A DNA stretch of 30,965 nt, taken from positions 1-30,965 of the forward strand of contig JAHQWJ010000083.1 in the NCBI GenBank assembly GCA_029856125.1. The letters are read 5' to 3'. A model generated the notes under the pieces. That model worked only from the letters and a program-made list of their open reading frames with translations. It did not search any database and was not told where the DNA came from. Positions 18,275 through 26,755 of this stretch are shown here, one piece after another (positions within the stretch are counted from its first letter, which is position 1; each line of letters begins with the position of its first letter). Source of the DNA: Promethearchaeia archaeon. GTDB taxonomy: Archaea; Asgardarchaeota; Lokiarchaeia; Sigyniarchaeales; SOKP01. The position numbers were made by a program, and so were the translations under genes.

Positions 18275-18736
18275 TATTATGGTTCGGAACAATAGTTTAT
18301 GGAAATGAAATTAACTATTTTATCTTGGATCTGAAATTTACTAAAAATTATCTGTGCGACAAAATACCCCTTTTGAATAAAATTTTTATTTTTTATTAAA
18401 TAGGAAATAAAAAATCTTTGATTATTGAAATTCACTGGAAAGCGATTTTCAAAAGATTTCTCCTATTTTTTACTTAAAGAATAAAACCATTATTAAAGTT
18501 TTAATATATTGAAAAAATTGAAAATCGTCTTTTATTATTATATTAGCACTTGAATTTTACACAAGCGTTTCTTAAACTTTATGAGCTACACTATTAAAGA
18601 GTTTGGTCACTTCGCCTTTATTGGAGTTTTAATAAGTTATCTTTAATTTTTTTTTTTTTAAACAAATGTATAAATTAAAATAAAAGTTTTAAAATTAGTT
18701 ATTTAATACGTATTAAAAAGGATCAAGATTCAGCTC

Positions 18737-19591
18737 TTGTCAATTAATCGCGATACCATAAAACTTGAAGAATCTGACATTGAATATGCCTTACAGTCAT
18801 TAGGATTTACGAAAAATGATTCGAAAGTTTTGTTAGCTCTTGCAAAATATAAAATATTGAGTCCCGCAGATATAGCAAAATTTTCTGATGTTGACCGCGC
18901 TAGGGTATATGATAGTCTTAATCGTTTAATTGAAAAAGGATTTATCCAAAAAGAACCAGTAAAAAGGGGCGCAAATTATCAAGTGATCCCCATTACTAGG
19001 GTTTTTAAAATGCTTAGAGACAATTATAAAAAAAAAATTGACGATACCATAACTATTGAAAAAGCGATTACTGAATTGGAAATTGATAAAGAAGAAGTCG
19101 AGCCAAGGGTATGGGCGATTAATTCAAGGGATAAAATTAGAAAAAAAATAAAAGATTTAATTAGTACTTCTCAAAACCGAATATATTTTATAATTACACC
19201 TGATTTGTTGATTAAGGAATTAGGAGGTCACGAGTGGATATTAAAAGAAATCTGGAGTAAAAAATTCTCATCAGATATGGAAATCGTAATTGCCTTTAAA
19301 TATTTCGAAGAACTTAAGGAAGAAATCAAAAAATTATTAAAAATTTCTGTAAAAATCCATTCGATTGAGGGTGATAATGTCATTCCGTTCGGGTTGCTAA
19401 TCGCAGATTATGGATTTTTGTTAACTACTTTAGATCAAGTAAAAGAAGCTCCGGAATACACCTCTGGTTTATGGTTGGAAAACGGAAAGCAGAGTCAAAT
19501 AATGGGCTACGAGCATTTATTTAGGCATTTTATTAGCTCAGAGACGAAAGAAATAAAGTTAACTCCTGTAAAAATACCATATCAAGTTTAA
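18737..19591 (+). CDS. TrmB-family transcriptional regulator / chromatin protein
   Basis: wHTH LQSLGFTKNDSKVLLAL...DIAKFSDVDRARVYDSLNRLIEKGFI, coiled-coil linker, VWAINSRDKI and a C-terminal effector/PLD-like domain; TTG start. Confidence 0.85.
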   Translation: MSINRDTIKLEESDIEYALQSLGFTKNDSKVLLALAKYKILSPADIAKFSDVDRARVYDSLNRLIEKGFIQKEPVKRGANYQVIPITRVFKMLRDNYKKKIDDTITIEKAITELEIDKEEVEPRVWAINSRDKIRKKIKDLISTSQNRIYFIITPDLLIKELGGHEWILKEIWSKKFSSDMEIVIAFKYFEELKEEIKKLLKISVKIHSIEGDNVIPFGLLIADYGFLLTTLDQVKEAPEYTSGLWLENGKQSQIMGYEHLFRHFISSETKEIKLTPVKIPYQV

Positions 19592-19781
19592 TCTATTTTA
19601 ATTAAATCGTATACTCAAACAAAAATTACGGTAGGTTAATAGAATTAAAACGGAAAAACAAAAATAAAATTAAGTTTAAATTAAAGTGTTTAATGATAAA
19701 CATATCGATAAAAGATCATAGGGGATAAAAACTGTGTGGTATTATAATTTTTTAGTGAAAGTAAGAAGAGGTTGATAAGAT

Positions 19782-20339
19782 ATTTCATACCGTGGTAAAG
19801 TTATACTCTGTGGTAATTCGTCAGTCGGAAAAACGAGCCTGTTAGCTCGATACGTAGATGGTAAATTTCAAGAGGATTTTGCGCAAACGATAGGTGCTAA
19901 TTTCCTGATAAAAGAAATTGATTTAAGTAAGATTGTTGATAAAATAGACCTAGAAAACCCTGAACTAAGGCAAGATATTAACGAAAAGGGATTTAAGTTA
20001 TACTTTTGGGATCTTGGAGGACAACACGATAAATTATACAGTACGGAATACTATTTCGTTCAAGCTGTTGGAGCTATGATTGTTTTTAGCTTAAACGATT
20101 TATCAACATTCAATGACATAAATTTTTGGTTAACTAAATTAAAAGATTTAAGTGGGGAAGTGCCTTACATTCTAGTTGGAAACAAAACAGACTTAGATAG
20201 AAATGTAGACAAATTGCTAGTTGAAACAGAAGTAAAGAAACTAGGTATCCAATATTTTGAAACTTCTGCGAAGCTTAATGAAAATGTTGATCTAGCTTTT
20301 GAAAGTTTATCTATTCAAATTTTAAATAATTTAAAATAA
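19782..20339 (+). CDS. Ras-superfamily small GTPase (Rab-like), 185 aa, apparent ATT start
   Basis: The frame is open upstream of ORF 20076 and contains G1 KVILCGNSSVGKTS, G2 TIG, G3 WDLGGQ, G4 NKTD and G5 ETSAK. There is an in-frame TAA at 19776-19778 and no ATG/GTG/TTG before G1. Confidence 0.88.
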   Translation: MSYRGKVILCGNSSVGKTSLLARYVDGKFQEDFAQTIGANFLIKEIDLSKIVDKIDLENPELRQDINEKGFKLYFWDLGGQHDKLYSTEYYFVQAVGAMIVFSLNDLSTFNDINFWLTKLKDLSGEVPYILVGNKTDLDRNVDKLLVETEVKKLGIQYFETSAKLNENVDLAFESLSIQILNNLK

Positions 20340-20406
20340 TTTAAAATAATTTTTTAATATACGAATTTTGGTATATTTTATATTATAACTTTGCCTAAAT
20401 TTCATA

Positions 20407-21135
20407 ATGAGTATTCTTTTAATTCCTATTGCTCCTTTATCAAGGACAAAGTCTCGTCTTAGGGATTGTTTTCCAAAAGGTTTACTTAAGGACTTAACTA
20501 TAGCGATGTTTAAAGACTTGGCCAAAAAAGTCCAAAATGTTAATTCCTTCGACTATAAGATAGTTTATTGCCATGACGAAGAGGTTTTAGAACTAGCAGA
20601 AGAGTTCGGATTAATAGGAATTAAAGAAAAACTTACCCATCCACGTAAATCGTTTGATTTAGTAATTAATGACTTGAACAATATTGCAATTAACGAGTAT
20701 GATGCCGTTAGTACAATTTTTACTTTTTTAGATGTAATATTGCTTTCCGAAAATAATTTGATGGAAATCAGTAATTTAATGAAAAATAACCAGCTTGTTG
20801 TTTGCCCTGCAATTCACTCCGCTGGAATTTCTATATTTGGAAGAAACCCTCCAGACATTGTGCCTACCCATTTTTCAAACCCAAACATTCCTTCGTTTGT
20901 TGCCTTATTAAAAGATGCTAAAAGTCGGAACTTAAAGATATCTGTATATGATTCTTTACGGGCAGGATTCGATATTGATATTAAACAAGATTTATTGTTA
21001 GGATTCGAGTATCTTAAAATTTTCGATTTAACGAGCTCCGAAACGTTTAAATTCCTAAAAGATAATTTGAAATTAGTATTACAGAAAAAAAGTTTAAAGA
21101 ATAACAGAGAATTTAAGATTAGCAAAGCAAAGTGA
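20407..21135 (+). CDS. cofC: 2-phospho-L-lactate / phosphoenolpyruvate guanylyltransferase (F420 biosynthesis), divergent
   Basis: N-terminal LIPIAPLSRTKSRL, AMFKDL and C-terminal FDIDIKQDL resemble the CofC motifs. Confidence 0.7.
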   Translation: MSILLIPIAPLSRTKSRLRDCFPKGLLKDLTIAMFKDLAKKVQNVNSFDYKIVYCHDEEVLELAEEFGLIGIKEKLTHPRKSFDLVINDLNNIAINEYDAVSTIFTFLDVILLSENNLMEISNLMKNNQLVVCPAIHSAGISIFGRNPPDIVPTHFSNPNIPSFVALLKDAKSRNLKISVYDSLRAGFDIDIKQDLLLGFEYLKIFDLTSSETFKFLKDNLKLVLQKKSLKNNREFKISKAK

Positions 21136-21142
21136 AGTATTA

Positions 21143-22375
21143 TTAGAAGTTAAATGTAATATTCAATTTAACTTCCTCATTTATGTGATCTTTTATTGAC
21201 TTTTGAATCCCTTCTCGTTCATTTTTAAGTGAAGATAAATATCTTAGGTAATCCTTGTTTTTTCTATCAAGAACGTTTTCTAAATGTTCTAATTTTACTG
21301 TATTCAACGAAATCTTATTTTTAATTTCATCTCTCTTAACTGCTAATCCTTCCTGTTCTATCTTTTTCTTAATATCGTCAATTTCAGAGCGGATTATTTT
21401 GATATTGTCTATTTCATTTTGAATGGTCTTCTCGTCGAAAATAGTGTTAATTTGTTGAATAGTTTTATCCTTTACTTCAGATTTAAGGTTAAGTTTATTT
21501 TCTTCTAATATATGCCGTAATTGGATGAGTAAGGCTGAAAATTTAGGTAAATCTCTACTTTCATTAACTAGCGTATTAATAGGGTTCTTTAAAAAATCTT
21601 TTAAGAAATAAATATTAATGTTTGGATTCCTAAGTGTATCCTTTTCTAGTTCAAATTTCAACTTTTTAAGAGCTTTTTTAAATCCAAACTGATTGTTAAC
21701 ATCCATTCTTAAACGAGCTAACTTGGCTTCTAGCTGATCTAGTTCATTAAAAAGCTCATTTTTTTCGATTTTTTTGAGAGCTTCTGTTAAATTTTCTTGC
21801 TCCGAGTGTCGCTCTTTTAACTCTTTTTCGAACCCATCTAAGTCAGATTTAGCGTTTTCAATATTTTCTTTCAAAGTAAACAATTTCGGTAATTTTTTCA
21901 ATAGATATTCTGCATCTTTTAGATCCTTATATTTTTTCCTTAAAAATTCGTCTAAAACCTTTTGCTTGTTACCTAATTTGCGCGTGATATAACTTAGTTC
22001 CTTAATTTCTCCCTGTAACTCTTTTTGAAATTTAGGGATCGATTTTTTTGCTATGTCGTTGATGTTAGTAAATAATTTTTTAATCGAGTTTAAGAGATTA
22101 TACATGGCATCATATGTGATATCTTCATCAGGTACTCCAACTTCATCGATTTCCTTTCTTATTTTATCAGAAAAGAAGTGTAAAGATTTAAGAGCTTTCT
22201 CATCTATTTTTCCTTCTCCAGCTTCTATGAAATGATCCGTACAAACCTTAATTTCAAGTAAGCTCTCGTTGATATCAGATAACTGCTTTTTAACAGCTTT
22301 TTTTACCTTAAAAAATTGTGATTCGAGCTGTTCTTTGTAATAATCTTCAAATTCTTCTAATAGAATTTCAATCAT
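21143..22375 (-). CDS. Hypothetical long coiled-coil protein
   Basis: 410 aa, K/E/L-rich with heptad character, no catalytic motif seen; 21 nt downstream of serS. Confidence 0.75.
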   Translation of the reverse strand: MIEILLEEFEDYYKEQLESQFFKVKKAVKKQLSDINESLLEIKVCTDHFIEAGEGKIDEKALKSLHFFSDKIRKEIDEVGVPDEDITYDAMYNLLNSIKKLFTNINDIAKKSIPKFQKELQGEIKELSYITRKLGNKQKVLDEFLRKKYKDLKDAEYLLKKLPKLFTLKENIENAKSDLDGFEKELKERHSEQENLTEALKKIEKNELFNELDQLEAKLARLRMDVNNQFGFKKALKKLKFELEKDTLRNPNINIYFLKDFLKNPINTLVNESRDLPKFSALLIQLRHILEENKLNLKSEVKDKTIQQINTIFDEKTIQNEIDNIKIIRSEIDDIKKKIEQEGLAVKRDEIKNKISLNTVKLEHLENVLDRKNKDYLRYLSSLKNEREGIQKSIKDHINEEVKLNITFNF

Positions 22376-22396
22376 GTCTGATCATTTTTGATTTAT

Positions 22397-23680
22397 TTAT
22401 GAGTTGAATATTTTTTTCCCATTCATATATTTTTGAAGAACTTTAGGTATAGAAACTGTCCCATCTTTATTTTGGTAATTTTCTAAAATGCAACAAATTG
22501 TACGCTCTGTAGCAATCGCGGTGCAATTAAGAGTATGTGCTATTTCTTTCTTTTGAGAAGCACCTACTTTACCTACGCGTACTTTTAACTTCCTTGCTTG
22601 ATAATCTAAGCAATTGCTACAAGAAACTAATTCTCGAAATTTACCAGATGATGGGAACCACGCTTCTAGATCGTATTTTTTGGCAGCATTGTCGTTCAAT
22701 TCACCAGACGCTATGTTTACAATCCGATATGGAATTTCTAATTCTCTATAAATTTCTTCTGCATTCGATATTAATTCATCAAACAAGTCCCAAGAGTTTT
22801 CAGGTTTACAAAAAATGTATTGTTCAACCTTCTCAAACTGATGCACTCGAAATATACCAAGTGTATCTTTACCATGTGAACCTGCTTCCCGTCGAAAACA
22901 CGAGGAAATCCCAGCATATTTAAGAGGTAATCTTTCACGATCAATAATTTCATCGTAATGATATGCTGCTAGAGTTTGCTCTGAAGTTGCAATCAGATAA
23001 AGATCCTCATCATGGATTTTATATAATTGATTCTCAAAATCTGCTAATTCTGCTGCAGCTTTCATTATTTCATGTTTTATAAAAAAAGGAGTCCATAAGG
23101 GTTCATACCCTTTACTTATTAATTTATCTAAAGCAAATCTAAGGAGAGCCAAATTTAGTAAAACAAGGTCACCTTTCAAGTAATAAAATCGAGATCCTAC
23201 TACCTCAGAAGCTTTCTTTATGTCAGCTCCATTAATATCATGAATCAAGTTAACATGCGAGGATGGTTCAAAGTCAAAAATGGGTTTCTCACCATATTCC
23301 CTGACGATAGTGTTACTTTCCTCTGTTTCTCCAATTGGAACGGATTTATGCAAGTCGTTTCCGATTATATATCTAAATTTTTCTCGTTCCTCAAGGTACT
23401 CAATCTTTTTCTTTTCAAGTGCATCAATTGTTTCTTTAATTTGTTTTGATTTTTCGATAGTACTATTGGCTTTCTCCTGTTCACCCGATTTTTTGAACTG
23501 ACTTATTTCGTTAGAGAGGTCATTTCTCTGCCTTCTTAAATCTTGAATTTCTTGGAGTACATTTCTCCACAATAAATCGAATTCTAGAACTTTCTTGGCA
23601 TTTTCTGGATTTTTGAATCTTTTTTTTTCAGTTTCGATGACAGCATCTATATCATTTCGAAAATCTTCTATGTCTCTCAA
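22397..23680 (-). CDS. serS: Seryl-tRNA synthetase (class II, bacterial/eukaryote-type)
   Basis: N-terminal coiled arm, LIATSEQ, motif 2 CFRREAGSHGKDTLGIFRVHQFEKVEQ, ELVSCSNCLDYQAR, HTLNCTAIATER; TTG start. Confidence 0.95.
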   Translation of the reverse strand: MRDIEDFRNDIDAVIETEKKRFKNPENAKKVLEFDLLWRNVLQEIQDLRRQRNDLSNEISQFKKSGEQEKANSTIEKSKQIKETIDALEKKKIEYLEEREKFRYIIGNDLHKSVPIGETEESNTIVREYGEKPIFDFEPSSHVNLIHDINGADIKKASEVVGSRFYYLKGDLVLLNLALLRFALDKLISKGYEPLWTPFFIKHEIMKAAAELADFENQLYKIHDEDLYLIATSEQTLAAYHYDEIIDRERLPLKYAGISSCFRREAGSHGKDTLGIFRVHQFEKVEQYIFCKPENSWDLFDELISNAEEIYRELEIPYRIVNIASGELNDNAAKKYDLEAWFPSSGKFRELVSCSNCLDYQARKLKVRVGKVGASQKKEIAHTLNCTAIATERTICCILENYQNKDGTVSIPKVLQKYMNGKKIFNS

Positions 23681-23780
23681 AAGTCAAATCTCATTATAAT
23701 ATAAAATTTCTAAGTTCTATTATAAACAATCATTAAATTAATTTATGCAAATAATTATTGCGTGTAAAAAGATAAAAGAA

Positions 23781-23966
23781 TTATTCATGGTGAATTCTTT
23801 CGGTTATTGTTGACCGGAGATAGGCAACTTTTATTTTTGCTTTATCGTATCCTACTTTATCGATAATGCTCATGATTTTTATTCTCCTTGCTTTACCTTT
23901 CAGACCTTCCTCGGTCATAAATTCTCGAGCGAATTCTTCTTTTTTGTTTTCTTCTTGCTCCACCAT
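23781..23966 (-). CDS. Small hypothetical protein (61 aa, MVEQEENKKEEF...RIHHE)
   Basis: The protein-like portion of ORF 23781..24095 begins at ATG 23966. The upstream part looks like AT-rich intergenic read-through. Confidence 0.6.
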   Translation of the reverse strand: MVEQEENKKEEFAREFMTEEGLKGKARRIKIMSIIDKVGYDKAKIKVAYLRSTITERIHHE

Positions 23967-24207
23967 AATTAGACCCAATGAAAAATCCATAAAAAACTTA
24001 ATGTGAATGGAATTTTGAATAAAATTTGTAAATTTATAACTAAACAATTGTTTAAGTAAATGACAAATTTGATGAGAATTTATCGACTTAACCAATAAAA
24101 ATAAATTAATTCAATAATTTCCAAACAAAAAAAGATTTTAAAAAAATTAAAACTAGAACTAAAAGCAAATTATTATTTAGGTGATGTTTTAACTTAAGGT
24201 GAACTAA

Positions 24208-26208
24208 ATGTCTGAAAAACAGACCACTGACAAGATAAGAATAGGAGTTTATGTGTGTAGATGAGGTGTAAATATTGGAGCTCACCTTGATTGTGACGCA
24301 GTTAAAGATTTTGTTGAACCGTTACCTAATGTTGTTATCGCTAGGACGAACAATTTCACTTGTAGCGATCCTGGACAACAAATAATCAAAAATGACATTC
24401 TAGAACTTGATTTGAACCGAATTGTCGTAGCAGCTTGCACTCCTAAGATTCATGAGCCTACTTACCGTGCGGTTTTACGGGAAGCAGGTTTAAGCCCTTA
24501 CTTCTTCGAAATGGTAAACATTAGAGAGCAATGCTCGTTTGTTCATCAAGGTGATAATGAACACGCAACCGAAAAAGCAAAGCGATTAGTTCATGCTGGT
24601 ATAAATCGAGCTCGGGAATTAGAAAACGTCCCTTACAGGGAGATATCCGTAGAAAGAGCCGCATTAGTAATAGGGGCGGGAATTGCCGGAATGAACGCAG
24701 CTTTAGATTTAGCAGAACATGGGATACAAGTCTATTTAGTTGAGAAACAAGCGACCGTTGGAGGCAAAATGGCGCAATTAGATAGAATTTACCCTACAGA
24801 TGATTGTGGCATATGAGTTCTTGCCCCCATTATGGTTAACGCTTCAAAACATCCTAATATCGAACTTTTCACCTATAGCGATATTATCAAGTTTAGCGGT
24901 ATCACGGGAGATTACAATGTTAAGATACGCAAAAATCCAAGGTATGTGAACGAAAGCAAGTGTACTGGATGCGGCTTGTGCACTACCAAATGTCCTATAA
25001 ATGTCCCTAATGAATTTTATAGTGGGATTGGTGAAAGAGGAGCAATTTTTATCCCATTTCCTCAGGCAGTCCCAAAATATGCTGTTATGGATAAAAGTGT
25101 GTGCATCGATTGTAAAAATTGAGAACGAATTTGCCCTGCAGAAGCAATAGAATTTGAACAAGAGCCCGAAATTGTTGAGGTTAAGGTAGGGGCTGTTATC
25201 GTTGCTACAGGATACGATGAATATCCAATTATAGAGACAAATGAATACAACTATGGCATTTATCCAAATGTAATCACCCAGATCGAATTAGAGAGTCTGC
25301 TTAGCCCAATTGGTCCAACAGGGGGACATATTTATAGAATGTCTGACGGAAAAACACCTAAAACTGTGGTGATGATACAATGTGTTGGTTCAAGATCGCT
25401 AAAAGCGAATCCTTATTGTTCATTTGTGTGCTGCAGTGTTGCTCTTAAAAATGCCCAATTGTTAAAACAAGAGTATCCCGAAATGGATGTTATTATATAC
25501 TATATTGACATTAGGACTACTGATAAGGGCAACGAGGAATATTATAGAACAATTAGAGAAGCTGATGTTAGAATGATACGAGGAAAAGTAGGTGAGTTAA
25601 CCGAGGACGATGATCATAATTTAATGGTACGCGCTTATTCCTCTTTAACGGGGGAACTTACTAAGATTAAAGCTGATATGGTAGTATTATCAACTGGAAT
25701 GAACCCTTCAAAGGGAACTATGGAAGCTATTGAAGTATTAGGATTAGCAAAGGGTCCAAACGGATTTTTAACTGAAATTCATGGTTGTTTGAAGCCGCAA
25801 GAAACAAAAAACATTGGGATTTATATTTGTGGATGCGCAGCAGGACCCAAAAACATTCCGTATTCCGTTTCTACGGCTCTAGCTGCTGCTAGCAAAGCTG
25901 CTGCTTTACTTTCTCATAAAACTATTATCCAAGAATTAATCATAGCTGAAGTAGATGAGACTTTATGTTCAGGATGTCATAGATGTGAAAAAGTATGTGA
26001 ATATAAGGCAATCAGCATAAGTGACGATGGAATTGCTCAAGTTGATGATTTGAAATGTAAGGGATGCGGAGTATGCATATCATCTTGCCCAGCAAGAGCT
26101 ATTGATCTTAAATATTATCGAGATCGTCAATTTGAAGCTGAACTTAAAGGAATCGGGCAGAGTGAAATAGATAGTAGTCAAAAAGAATCAACAAAAATTG
26201 AAAACTAA
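24208..26208 (+). CDS. hdrA: Heterodisulfide reductase subunit A, selenoprotein with 3 in-frame UGA (666 aa)
   Basis: Single frame from ATG 24208 (SD AGGTGA at 24197-24202) to TAA 26208. TGA occurs at 24262 (RIGVYVCRUG), 24814 (DDCGIUVLAP) and 25120 (CIDCKNUERICP), all at conserved Cys positions. Also FAD motif IGAGIAG, QCVGSR and CSFVCC. Confidence 0.93.
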
Positions 26209-26229
26209 AAAATAAGGGAGCAATAATTA

Positions 26230-26640
26230 ATGACAGAAGTTACAAATGAAAGAAAAATAATAGGTTTTGGGTGCGAAAAATGAGGTTATTCAGCAGCAGA
26301 TCTGACGGGTACTACGAGAAAATCATATTCCACTAATTTTCATCTAATACGAGTAAGGTGTACGGGAAGAATAGGAATTCATCTAATTATGGAGTGTTTC
26401 TTAAATGGAGCTGATGGAGTCGCTATCATTTCTTGAAAAGAAGGCGAATGCGAATTTGGAAATGGAAACATGAATACTTACGACCATGTTAAATTTTTAA
26501 AAAGATTATTCAACCATCTAGGTCTAGCTGAAGAAAGGATTCAACAATATTTTTGCTCGGCAGCGGAAGTTGATAAATTCATTAAATCTGTGGAAGACAT
26601 CACGAGTAAAGTTGAAAAACTTCCTCCTCTACCAAAATAA
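26230..26640 (+). CDS. mvhD: MvhD/VhuD hydrogenase iron-sulfur (delta) subunit, selenoprotein with 2 in-frame UGA (136 aa)
   Basis: MTEVTNERKIIGFGCEKUGYSAADLTG...IRVRCTGRI...GADGVAIISUKEGECEFGNGN...CSAAE. TGA at 26281 and 26434. Absent from the ORF track. Confidence 0.92.
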
Positions 26641-26647
26641 AAATTAA

Positions 26648-26717
26648 TCCGAATGAGAATGATCCTTCTAAAAAAAATTAGTTAGGAGGTAACTGACTCC
26701 CAGCGAGAGTATTCGGA
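26648..26717 (+). promoter_or_regulatory. Structured 3'-UTR element, candidate SECIS
   Basis: Outer stem UCCGAAU/AUUCGGA; inner AUGA-U-CCUUCUAA, A-rich loop, UUAGGAGG. Lies directly after the last UGA-containing gene. The 3' side of the core reads UAAC rather than canonical NGAN. Confidence 0.55.
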
Positions 26718-26755
26718 AATTAAGTATTAATTAAAACAACTAAAGTATAACTAAA

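Noticed and set aside
23967-24095. N-terminal 43 codons of ORF 23781..24095
   Set aside because: AT-rich, intergenic-like composition overlapping the presumed divergent promoter region. ATG 23966 is the more plausible start.
24208-26640. hdrA/mvhD as pseudogene fragments, or genome-wide UGA reassignment
   Set aside because: All five interruptions are TGA at Cys positions with no frameshifts. Trp is encoded by TGG and Cys by TGY elsewhere, and the cofC-like gene ends in TGA.
26648-26717. tRNA (for example tRNA-Sec) in the mvhD-frhB spacer
   Set aside because: It can be drawn as a multibranch fold but lacks the T-loop (GTTCRA) and D-loop consensus and has an A8 run.
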